The translations under genes were made by a program, and so were the position numbers. Below the pieces are notes generated by a model. That model made no database searches. It was not told the DNA's origin and worked only from the letters and a program-made list of their open reading frames with translations. Positions 50,792-59,914 of a DNA stretch of 64,000 bases are shown here, in pieces; positions within the stretch are counted from its first letter, which is position 1, and each line of letters starts with the position of its first letter. The DNA is taken from positions 4,416,001 through 4,480,000 of the forward strand of contig OX638351.1 of the NCBI GenBank assembly GCA_951813565.1. The letters are read 5' to 3'. The stretch comes from an uncultured Poribacteria bacterium (GTDB taxonomy: Bacteria > Poribacteria > WGA-4E > WGA-3G).

Positions 50792-51432
50792 GAATTAAAT
50801 TTATTAACCAACTCGTTTACATCGCACTAATTTTCTCGGTGTTGATGTGTTTTGGTTGTTTAGAAACAGACGAAATCGCTGATGTTTTAACACCAGATCC
50901 GCAAGACACCAACGTTATGACACCTGAACCACCAATGGAGACGACACCTGAACCAGAACCGTTGGATCCAGGAGAAGGATTGGCAATCGGTGCAACAGCA
51001 CCAGCATTTTCGCTTCCAGACGCTGATGGCAATACCGTTATGCTCTCCGATTATGCTGGTCAAAAGGTCGTAATTCAGTTTTATTCAACTGGGTTGTGAC
51101 CGGTCTGTCAAGGGCAACTCAGGGAGTTGCGAGATGGATATCAAGGTATTAAAGATGCGGGTGCTGCAGAACTAATTACAATTAGTGGGGATACGCAGTT
51201 TGGAGCGTCTAACACGCGTAATGATTTGGGATTAACTTTCCCAGTGCTTTCAGACTCAGATTTTGAAGCTATTGAGGCATACAACGTACTTGATCAAGGA
51301 AGTATGAATTGGGCAAATCCTTCAGCATTTATTATAAATGAAGAGGGAATAATTGTGTGGACAGATATTGGACGCAGGTTCGGTCATCGTACTACTTCAA
51401 CGCAGATTATCACAGCATTGCAAGGATTGTAG
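50788..51432 (+). CDS. Predicted selenoprotein: AhpC/TSA peroxiredoxin-like lipoprotein, U-P-V-C
   Basis: Two track ORFs (50788-51099 and 51127-51432) are in one frame across TGA 51097-51099: APAFSLPD...[17 protein letters not shown]...FPVLSD...PSAFII; hairpin GCAACTC-AGG-GAGTTGC at 51114-51130. Confidence 0.87.
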
Positions 51433-51820
51433 ATGTTCTGATATAAAAGTACAATCTACCTTTGATTTATATTCTGCACAGGAAACTTGTACAAATTCTG
51501 TTAGTCCCGATTCCAGTTTTTGGCGACGCGGATGGACATAAACTGAAAATAAACAGTATTTACGGGCGATTCGGTGCGGTTAGGAAACCGCACCAAGGGT
51601 ACTTAGTGGTAACGACTTTTCATTTATAACCTAAGTTGCTACGGACAAGATTTCAAGCTTGTAGACATTGCTTTTTACTGAAAAACAAGGATTTCCAGCT
51701 AATTCTTATGCTTTCTTTTTTAAATCGGGGTTAGAAACCCCTCCTACAAGAGCATTCGCGATATAGGTAGCAACTTGGGTATTTATAGTAAAATCTAAAA
51801 ACACCTTTACATTTTCTTAA

Positions 51821-52201
51821 CTATACTTTGGACAATTTTAGCTGTTTTCGTGAGGTTGGGTTAGACAGAAACATCTTAGAAATAGATATAGTTTTCATAT
51901 TGGACACCTGTCACCCCGCTGGGGCTGAAGAGGGTTGTTTACCGCGTTTCTATACACCTATCGCCCCGCTGGGGCTGCCCAAAAGGTGTTTTTGGACGAG
52001 TTCTTTCAGCCAGCAAAATCGCAGAAAATATAAATACTATAAGATGACACCTTAGCCCCAGCGGGGCGACAGGTGTATAGAAGAAGGTAATTGCCGCTGT
52101 CTAAAGCCCCAGCGGGGCGACAGGTGTCCAATATTTTGCTTTGGACACCTAACAGTTTCTCAGCAAGTCCTCAAACAGTATGTAAATTGTCCAAACTATA
52201 G
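51821..52201. mobile_element. 381-bp MITE copy 2, 8-bp TSD
   Basis: Near-identical to 48210-48590 in the same orientation; TSD TTTCTTAA at 51813-51820 and 52202-52209. Confidence 0.92.
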
Positions 52202-52352
52202 TTTCTTAAGGTTAGCGGCGTTTAATGTGAATGCCATACGGGGAATGCCAAAAGGCATTCGGACCGTTGATTTGGCGCATTCACCAAGCGCAATTCATTG
52301 CGCCTCTTCCTGTAGGAGCGACCTCCAGGTCGCGACTTTAAATAGGATAAAC

Positions 52353-53126
52353 TCAAGAAGCATCAACTGCCGCAAAGAAATCAGCATTTGACGCACTAAA
52401 CCCATACTGCTGTTCTACTTCCCTAATTGCGATCTCTGTTGTAAAGAAGTTATCGTAAGTATCAGGAAACTCCACGCCTGTGGTGGCATCGCGCAGTAAA
52501 ATGATATTATATCCATACCGCGCCATAGAACGGATACCGTAATCCCTCCCCAAAACACACCAATTCGTTGCAAAACCAGCAAAGATGAGATGTAGGATAC
52601 GCTTTTCTTCAAGCAACTCGTGCAATTGCTGTCCTGTGGCAATGACAAATTCTTCGTCTCGGACATCAATTGCAGGGGACATAGAGAGTTGCGATGCAAG
52701 TTTATCCCAATGGACGCCGATACCCGGTGGTTGACTACGAGGACCGCGATAAACGTCATAGTCACCTTCTCTGCCTCGGAAATTAGCAGGCGGCCACGTG
52801 GAAGGCGCGGAGGGTTCGGGTGGTTTGTGCCGTTCAAGTTGTGGATACTGCGCTGCCACTGAGGGGGAAGGAGCATGAACGATTGTCAAACCCGCTTTCC
52901 TCGCAGCATCTATGACAGGCACAACACAATCAACTGTTACCTGTTTTGCGCGTTCTATCCAAGTTTCAATGAAATGCACGTTCCATAAATCAACGAGAAC
53001 CAATGCAGTCTCATCGACTGGCAACGGCATTTCAAATTCACGACGGATAAAGGCAGTTTCACGGCACGGTACATCTGCTGGTGTGCTATCTTGAAAATAT
53101 CGGACTCGCAGATTTAGCGTTTTCAT
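52353..53126 (-). CDS. Isochorismatase/cysteine hydrolase family protein
   Basis: TALVLVDLWN, FAGFATNWCV, LLRDAT. Confidence 0.85.
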   Translation of the reverse strand: MKTLNLRVRYFQDSTPADVPCRETAFIRREFEMPLPVDETALVLVDLWNVHFIETWIERAKQVTVDCVVPVIDAARKAGLTIVHAPSPSVAAQYPQLERHKPPEPSAPSTWPPANFRGREGDYDVYRGPRSQPPGIGVHWDKLASQLSMSPAIDVRDEEFVIATGQQLHELLEEKRILHLIFAGFATNWCVLGRDYGIRSMARYGYNIILLRDATTGVEFPDTYDNFFTTEIAIREVEQQYGFSASNADFFAAVDAS

Positions 53127-55270
53127 TCTGGCACCTCAAACAGCGAATCGTCAAGTTCAGCGTTCAACTTGACACTGTTGAAACGATTATCGGTATATAG
53201 TTCACCATTCACGTTTTGCACAACGTGGAAAGCGAATTTAACGCCCTCAACGTCTCGAAAATCGGAAAACATAGTTTCTATGTCCATCGTCACACCTTGT
53301 TCTGTCTCGCGAAAGGCTAACTTAACCACATAATGGGTATCCTCACTGATGAAAACCTTAACCATTTCGCCTGAAGGCTGCTTGACAAGTAAAACAGAAG
53401 TTGGTTTTCCGTCTACTTCTCCTGTTCCTGCGTATTGAATTGGAACATCGTTCTCTGTAAGGTGTACCAGGAGTGGAACTGTGTCTCTGAAAATAGCATT
53501 TTTCAAGGACGTCACCATTTCAGGTGGTAAAGGTTGCGTGCCCGTTGGTGACATGGCAAAGGCAGCTTCACCATCAAACACGATACTGATTTCGCCCTGA
53601 GGTGTAACGATATTTTGCCGCATTTTATCCGGATAGACCTGATATAGGACAACTTTTAAATCCATTTGTCCCATTGGCGTATATCTGATAGTTTGCGAAT
53701 CCGCAACAACATTTTTCACCGCATTCAACTTTTCAAGTCCGCCGTGTGCTTCAACAGATGCCGCAAGAATTTTTCTAGCTTTTGCAACGTCCATCTCACT
53801 TGCTTCAGGCATCGGTTCAGCAGGTGGGGGTTCAGGTTGTTTTATCTTAATCTCATTGACTTCTCCGAATTCGCTCAACGGTCGGTCAAAGTTATCCTGA
53901 TTTCCGACAGTGACAATCGTAAGTGCATCAGGATGTAAATATTTTTGAGCAACAGCCTGTACATCTTCCGCTGTGACCTTCGCGATGTTGTCTGTATAGG
54001 TTTCAAGGAAGTCTGGTGCGAATCCACGATAAGCAAGCATCATCTGCTGAAATGCGATTTGAGAACTGCTCTCAAATCCAAATACAAACGAATTGATGAG
54101 CGAATCCTTAGTAAGCTGTAGTTCTTCCGCTGATACAGGATTTTCACCCAGGTCACGAACTATACTGATGATAAGTGAAATTGCTTCGGCAGTTTTTTCT
54201 GAGCGTGTTTGGGAATATGCAAACCATTCACCCGGGTTGGTGTAGAAGCTTGTTTGCATTAAACTTCCGACCATATAGGCGAGGCCGTGTTTTTCGCGCA
54301 CCTCCTTCATCAAACGAGAGGTAAAGCCACCTTCTCCCAAAATGTCGTTCATGACACGAAGGGCAAAGAAATCAGGGAAATCTGGAGTTCGTTTAATGCC
54401 AAAATGTCCAATCAACATTGTTGTCTGTGGTAAATCCTTCAGAATATAGTTGACTGAAGGTTTTGGGGCGTTTTCAACGGCAGCAATGTGCGGAAATTCT
54501 ATCTCACTGTTTTCCCATCCTTCAAACACTTTCTCAATTTGTGCAATCAACGTGTCTGTCTCAAAATCGCCAGTAATTGCAAGCATGATATTATTTGGCT
54601 GATAGTATTTGGCATGGAATGCTTTGAGATTGTCTACTGCAATGCTCTCTACGTCCTCAATTTCAGAGTACCATCCGAATGGGTGATCTGTACCGTAAAG
54701 TATGGCTGAGAAGTTACGCCATGCCAATTGGATAGGGTTGTCGTTTCTTCTACGAATACCTTCAATTGCTTGCTGTTTGCGGAGTTCAAGTTTGTCTTCT
54801 CTGAACGCGGGGTTTCGTAACACATCAGCGAAGATTTCTAATCCTTTTTCAATATCCTCCGCCATCGTTGAAAGACTCACCGAACCGTATTCAGGAGACA
54901 TGCCGACCTCAACAGAAGCCGCCATAGATTCCAATTCTTCGTTCAATGCATCCGGTTCTCGCGATATAGTGCCGCCGGTTCGCATGACACTTGCACAAAT
55001 TGATGCTAACCCAATTTTATCTGCAGGGTCATAGATCGTGCCTGTTTTGACTAATCCGCTGATGTCAAACACTGGTAATTCGTGGTCCTCAAGTAGATAT
55101 AGGACCATTCCATTGGAAAGTTCATGTCTTTGTGGTACAGGCGGTTTGAACTGAATAGGTTCAAATGTTAGTTCTTCATGCGGTTTAGCACACAATGGCA
55201 GGCTGCCCGAAACGATAAGACAGGTAATAAAGACGGCTATGAAAAGTCCATTCGTAATCTGTTTCTGCAT
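53123..55270 (-). CDS. M16 peptidase-like subunit (lacks HxxEH) with a C-terminal LolA-like extension
   Basis: LSNGMVLYLLEDHELP, GFTSRLMKEVREKHGLAY; no zinc-binding motif; extra beta-rich C-terminal region. Confidence 0.85.
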   Translation of the reverse strand: MQKQITNGLFIAVFITCLIVSGSLPLCAKPHEELTFEPIQFKPPVPQRHELSNGMVLYLLEDHELPVFDISGLVKTGTIYDPADKIGLASICASVMRTGGTISREPDALNEELESMAASVEVGMSPEYGSVSLSTMAEDIEKGLEIFADVLRNPAFREDKLELRKQQAIEGIRRRNDNPIQLAWRNFSAILYGTDHPFGWYSEIEDVESIAVDNLKAFHAKYYQPNNIMLAITGDFETDTLIAQIEKVFEGWENSEIEFPHIAAVENAPKPSVNYILKDLPQTTMLIGHFGIKRTPDFPDFFALRVMNDILGEGGFTSRLMKEVREKHGLAYMVGSLMQTSFYTNPGEWFAYSQTRSEKTAEAISLIISIVRDLGENPVSAEELQLTKDSLINSFVFGFESSSQIAFQQMMLAYRGFAPDFLETYTDNIAKVTAEDVQAVAQKYLHPDALTIVTVGNQDNFDRPLSEFGEVNEIKIKQPEPPPAEPMPEASEMDVAKARKILAASVEAHGGLEKLNAVKNVVADSQTIRYTPMGQMDLKVVLYQVYPDKMRQNIVTPQGEISIVFDGEAAFAMSPTGTQPLPPEMVTSLKNAIFRDTVPLLVHLTENDVPIQYAGTGEVDGKPTSVLLVKQPSGEMVKVFISEDTHYVVKLAFRETEQGVTMDIETMFSDFRDVEGVKFAFHVVQNVNGELYTDNRFNSVKLNAELDDSLFEVPE

Positions 55271-56787
55271 TATTCACTATCCTCCTCGTCGGTACTTTCA
55301 GATGCAATAGGTTCCTTCTTAACAAGTGTAGCGACAGTACGGTTGCTCTTCTTAAAATAGGTTTGTGCTACTCTCATGATGTCATCAGGTGTGATTTCAT
55401 ACATCTTTTTTCGCCAGTTGAGTATATACCGCCAGTCGCCAGCAATGCCTTCATAGAAAGCGAGTTGGTTTGCCATTCCGGCGTTTGAACTCAGTGCACG
55501 GATGAAGCTTGCATCAATCTGTTTAAGGATACGTTTAAATTCCTTTTCTGCAACAGGTTCCGTTTTCAGTTTTTCCAGTTGGGCATAAATTGCTTCCTCC
55601 ACGTCAGCGGTCGTGTTCGGTGAGCGAGGGGTAGCACTAACCACAAAGAGATTATCGTAACGAGCACCGGGGTATCCGTTTATGGAATTAGCAGAAACGG
55701 CGATGCTTTCCTCAACAATATTTTTGTAAAAACGAGATGTGCGTCCATCCGAGAGAATTGCACTGATCATGTCCAGAACGTAATCGTCAAAATGCGGGAT
55801 TGTCGGTTTATGGAATCCGATCATCATTTGTGGTTCAGCGTCAAATTCTACTTCAATCCGCCGTTCACCTTCTTGTGCGGGTTCACGAACAGTGACCTCA
55901 TCAGGAAGCGGTTGCGATGGAATATCACCAAAATATTTTTCGATGAGTTTGATGGTGTTTTCGATGTTAATATCTCCGACAATAACCATCACGGAGTTAT
56001 TCGGTGCGTAGTGGATACGGAAAAATTCCTCTGCTTTATTACGGTTTAACATCGCGATGTCGGAGGGCCATCCAATAATCGGCATTCCGTAGGGGTGGGC
56101 AGTAAAGGACGCAGCAATAAACTGTTCATATAGTTTGCCACCGGGGCGCGTATCTACAGCCATGCGGCGCTCCTCTTTAACTGCTTCACGTTCGACATAA
56201 AATTCGCGTAGCACAGCGTTTTTAAGCCGGTCAGATTCAAGCATTGCCCACAATTCTAATTTGTTAGATGGTAGTTCCACTGTGTAAATCGTATAGTCTA
56301 CAGAGGTGCCTGCATTGAATCCGGTGCTACCGTGTTGCGTATAGATTTCGGTGTATTCGCCAGAAACAACCCATTCTTTCGCAGCTTTTTGTTGTGTTTT
56401 AAGTGCCGCTTCCAGCTCGGCAATTTTTTCTGCGTCTGCCCTCACACCTTTTGCACGTTCCATGTCTAATGCGTCACCTATATTATCAATTTCGGCAAGC
56501 ACGACTTTTTCTTTTTCATAGTCAGTCGTACCGATTGTTTTTGTGCCTTTGAACAACATGTGTTCAAGCATGTGTGCGATACCGCGTGCATCGTCTGATT
56601 CATCTACGGAACCTGCTTTAAAGAGTATGTATGGCGCGACAGTAGGCGAAGTGTGACGTTCAATCATCAATAGTTTTAAACCGTTTGGGAAAGTGTGTTC
56701 CACCACCCGGTCTGCAAGGTTTTGCGCTGATGCTATTCCGTGTAATGCGACAAGGAACAGAATCAGTAGATAACGTATCTGTTTCAT
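55270..56787 (-). CDS. M16 family zinc peptidase, catalytic subunit
   Basis: GIAHMLEHMLFKGT, FNAGTS, VKEERR, HPYGMPIIGW; signal peptide from MKQIRY. Confidence 0.93.
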   Translation of the reverse strand: MKQIRYLLILFLVALHGIASAQNLADRVVEHTFPNGLKLLMIERHTSPTVAPYILFKAGSVDESDDARGIAHMLEHMLFKGTKTIGTTDYEKEKVVLAEIDNIGDALDMERAKGVRADAEKIAELEAALKTQQKAAKEWVVSGEYTEIYTQHGSTGFNAGTSVDYTIYTVELPSNKLELWAMLESDRLKNAVLREFYVEREAVKEERRMAVDTRPGGKLYEQFIAASFTAHPYGMPIIGWPSDIAMLNRNKAEEFFRIHYAPNNSVMVIVGDINIENTIKLIEKYFGDIPSQPLPDEVTVREPAQEGERRIEVEFDAEPQMMIGFHKPTIPHFDDYVLDMISAILSDGRTSRFYKNIVEESIAVSANSINGYPGARYDNLFVVSATPRSPNTTADVEEAIYAQLEKLKTEPVAEKEFKRILKQIDASFIRALSSNAGMANQLAFYEGIAGDWRYILNWRKKMYEITPDDIMRVAQTYFKKSNRTVATLVKKEPIASESTDEEDSE

Positions 56788-57019
56788 TTTTATATCACGG
56801 CATATTTCATTAATCAGTACAGAAACCGACAATGCCGTTCCTTTCTAATTGTAAAGTCTTCAGTATTTATAGTGAATTATGAAAAATCAATAGACATTTT
56901 CTCTTTCTGGTAGGCGAGGTTTCCTAACCTCGCTGATTGACAGTGCCAAGTAATTCAAAGTCTACCATAAAACTGGGCAATCAGTATTGTCAAATAAAAA
57001 AATGAAGACTATGAAAAAC

Positions 57020-57051
57020 AAAAAGAAGCCCCGATGGAAAATCGGAGCTTC
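57020..57051 (-). terminator. Intrinsic terminator after the rubredoxin-like gene
   Basis: Reverse strand GAAGCTCCGAT-TTTCC-ATCGGGGCTTC-TTTTT. Confidence 0.75.
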
Positions 57052-57058
57052 CAATTTC

Positions 57059-57316
57059 TTATTTTTTCTGAAGGTCGCCGAGTAACCCTACCAAGGCGAA
57101 TCTGATGTGTGAGGAGAGAGCAGAATTCTCTGCCCGAAGGTCAGCACCTTCTTCGTCAGGATACATCACATGTGCCGCGACAGCACGTTTGACCCATCGT
57201 TCCGCTCTGTCATCGTAAGGGATATATTTCTCTTTGGGGGCAGTGCAAGCTGGGCACTCATCTGGCGGCTCATCGGCTTCTTTCCACAAATAACCACAAG
57301 CTGTACAAACAAACAT
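57059..57316 (-). CDS. Rubredoxin-like domain protein
   Basis: FVCTACGY...PPDECPACTAPKEKY; AAGGAA RBS. Confidence 0.8.
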   Translation of the reverse strand: MFVCTACGYLWKEADEPPDECPACTAPKEKYIPYDDRAERWVKRAVAAHVMYPDEEGADLRAENSALSSHIRFALVGLLGDLQKK

Positions 57317-57500
57317 TGCAAATTCCTTTCTTTTTTAGCACTACGAAAGTGCATCTACAATACATAAGGAGATCAAAATCATAAATAATGTCATTGTAGC
57401 AAATTTTGCTTTGAAATGCAACGTTTAAATTATATGAAGATGTGCATAAAAAATCCAATGTTAAAAATTTGGCGTAGGTCGGGTAGAACGCAGTCAAACC

Positions 57501-57735
57501 CATAGGCGTCAATTTAAGGATAGATTTTCTTGTAGGAGTGAATCAACGCAGCATGCGCGTGTGGCATGCTGCGGGTTTGTAACCCCGATTTAATTAGTTT
57601 AGGTTCACAAAATCGGGGTTACAAACCCGACAAATCATGTAGAATGCCATGCGCGCATTCTACCAAGCGTATTTGGCGTTGATTCACTCCCACAAGAGAC
57701 AATCTGGTAATTATGTGCTTAAATTGACGCCTATG
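57501..57735. mobile_element. CATAGGCGTCAATTTAAG-ended MITE with a 19-bp duplicated target hairpin
   Basis: Perfect terminal IR; GGTAGAACG(C/T)AGTCAAACC at 57482-57500 and 57736-57754. Confidence 0.85.
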
Positions 57736-57904
57736 GGTAGAACGTAGTCAAACCTCATAACCCTCAATTTAAGAATAACGCGTTTGTAGTCGCGCAATTC
57801 ATTGCCAAAAGCGTATTCCGCCAAAAGGCATTCATAGCGTTGATTTGGGTGTCACTTACGCTCTACCCAACCACAGACTGATTAAGTTGACCTCCACCTA
57901 CGGT

Positions 57905-59071
57905 TTAGGAAGGTTTTTCAGCTTCGCTCTCTGCTGCAGCCTGACGTTCCAACTCTCCACGCCAACCTAAAACCATTCCAGACTTGATATGGTTAATATC
58001 GAAACCTGTGTATCGGTCTTCAAGGGTATCGCCAAGTTTTTGGGTTTCTTTCCAGCGATCCCATGCGGTTTTCATCCATTCGTGTGGTAATGCTTCTCTC
58101 ACTGCAGGATCAAGCTGCCAAGCGTGCCGCACATCCGCCACTGACGGTTCCTCGGTAGATTCACCGGACCACTTTGACCATCCGATTGACAATGTATTCC
58201 GTTCTCTCTCTGGAACGGTATGTCCTGTATGGATCGTGGCACCATTCCGGATAAGTGCTTCCCCTGCTTTCAACCGAATTGCTACTTGTCCTGGCAATGG
58301 ATCGGAACCGTTCCAACTGGGTGTATGTGGGACACCTTGATCCTTCATCGATTTTGGCAGGAGCACATCATGCTCAAAAGGGGTTCGCCAACGATCATGG
58401 CTACCGGGAACAAGTTCATGGCATTCATCGTCTGCGAGTGCCAAAAACATGCCCACACCGTTGCGTTCCTTGAGATTTTTTGCGTTGTTTTCGCGAATTT
58501 CTTTCCAGCGAATCCTTTCTACCTCCTCGGAATACGCTTCAGGTCCATCGCCTCGGACTTCACGTTGGGCAAAGTAACTTTTTCCTGTCCCCCACCACGT
58601 TACATCTCTGTGCCAACCGAGTTTATTTTCATGCGTGCGTGGATTCGCCCACAGAAGAATTCCTCTAAATGTCAGGTCTTCAGGTTGAAGTCCATCACAC
58701 CATGAAGCAACGAAGTCTAAGAAATCTGTTGAACCGTGGAATTCAGCAAAACAAGATTCTCCAAAAGCTGGATGAATAATTCCGCGAATTGCCCACGGTT
58801 GTTCTTGTCCTGTCCGATGGACATACCCCTTTGAACAGTCAACTACATCATACTTGTTTTCAGGAGCACATGCCTCTGTAACACGTCGTCCTGCCTCTCT
58901 AAGAATGGGAATCCAAGGATTATCAACAAAGTCGTTAATTATGACAAAACCGTGTTCCTTCAAGTGAGCTAAACGTTCTGGTGTGGCGCCGGGTGCTGAA
59001 TGTTCAGGGTTGAAATCAGCAAAAGCAGGCGCGCGATACGTTTCCGTGCCTGGTGATTCATTAGCGTTCAT
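57905..59071 (-). CDS. PhyH-like Fe/2OG dioxygenase family protein
   Basis: LKEHGFVII, GWHRD, LVPGSH, LKAGEAL...IHTG. Confidence 0.8.
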   Translation of the reverse strand: MNANESPGTETYRAPAFADFNPEHSAPGATPERLAHLKEHGFVIINDFVDNPWIPILREAGRRVTEACAPENKYDVVDCSKGYVHRTGQEQPWAIRGIIHPAFGESCFAEFHGSTDFLDFVASWCDGLQPEDLTFRGILLWANPRTHENKLGWHRDVTWWGTGKSYFAQREVRGDGPEAYSEEVERIRWKEIRENNAKNLKERNGVGMFLALADDECHELVPGSHDRWRTPFEHDVLLPKSMKDQGVPHTPSWNGSDPLPGQVAIRLKAGEALIRNGATIHTGHTVPERERNTLSIGWSKWSGESTEEPSVADVRHAWQLDPAVREALPHEWMKTAWDRWKETQKLGDTLEDRYTGFDINHIKSGMVLGWRGELERQAAAESEAEKPS

Positions 59072-59240
59072 TTACATTTCCTCCTTTCGGTGTGTGCCGA
59101 GAATGTGTTGCACCGAAGTCAGTTTTAAATGTATAAGTGATAAACCAAATCTCATTCTTTGTTACCAAGGTGTCAGAATTATGACATTAAATTGTAACTT
59201 TGTCAAATTTACCGTATCAATTGTCCCAAAATGTATCTGG

Positions 59241-59905
59241 GGGTGTGTAAATATTTGGTTACATAGGTTCAATTTGCAATGATTACGCGGCGTTTTCCAC
59301 TGTAGAGCGGGGTCCCGGGGAATGCCATAAGGCATTCATACCGTTGATTTGGTGCCCCATAGCCGTCAATTTAAGGATATACCCTCTTGTGGGAGTGAAT
59401 CAACGCAGCATGCGCCAAATCAACGGTATGAATGCCTGTTGGCATTCCCCGTATGGCATGCTGCCAAATCAACGCCAAATGCGCTTTTTGGCATTTGTCC
59501 AAATCAACGCAGCATGCGCGTTTGGCATGCTGCGGGTTTTCAACCCCGATAAATACATATAAATCGGGCTTATAAAGCCCTCCCACAAGAGGCAATCTGG
59601 TAATTGTGTGCTTAAATTGATGCCTATGGGCGGGGTCCCGGGGAATGCCATAAGGCATTCATACCGTTGATTTGGTGCCCCGCCACTGCGCAGGACGTGC
59701 CATGCAACGGGCAGGCACCAAATCAAGAAATCAACGGTATGAACCATGGCGAATGCCATACGGGGAATGCCAACAGGCATTCATACCGTTGATTTGGCGC
59801 ATTCGTCTTTAGTCATTCACCGGGTCCGAATGCCTTTTGGCATTCCCCGGAGACCCGCCCCTACAACAGGAGTTGTGCGGATTTCTACAAAAACTTTACA
59901 CACCC
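59241..59905. mobile_element. GGGTGTGTAAA-ended MITE, nested copy (665 bp) with 9-bp TSD
   Basis: TSD TGTATCTGG at 59232-59240 and 59906-59914; contains a CATAG-MITE (59358-59628) and several mini-inserts. Confidence 0.92.
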
Positions 59906-59914
59906 TGTATCTGG

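Noticed and set aside
48217..52055. Duplicated 75-aa ORFs (48217-48444 and 51828-52055)
   Set aside because: They lie wholly inside the 381-bp MITE, start at a TTG in the terminal IR, and show no protein motif.
48210..52201. Composite transposon that delivered the phyH / sulfatase / prx operon
   Set aside because: Each MITE has its own separate TSD, so they inserted independently.
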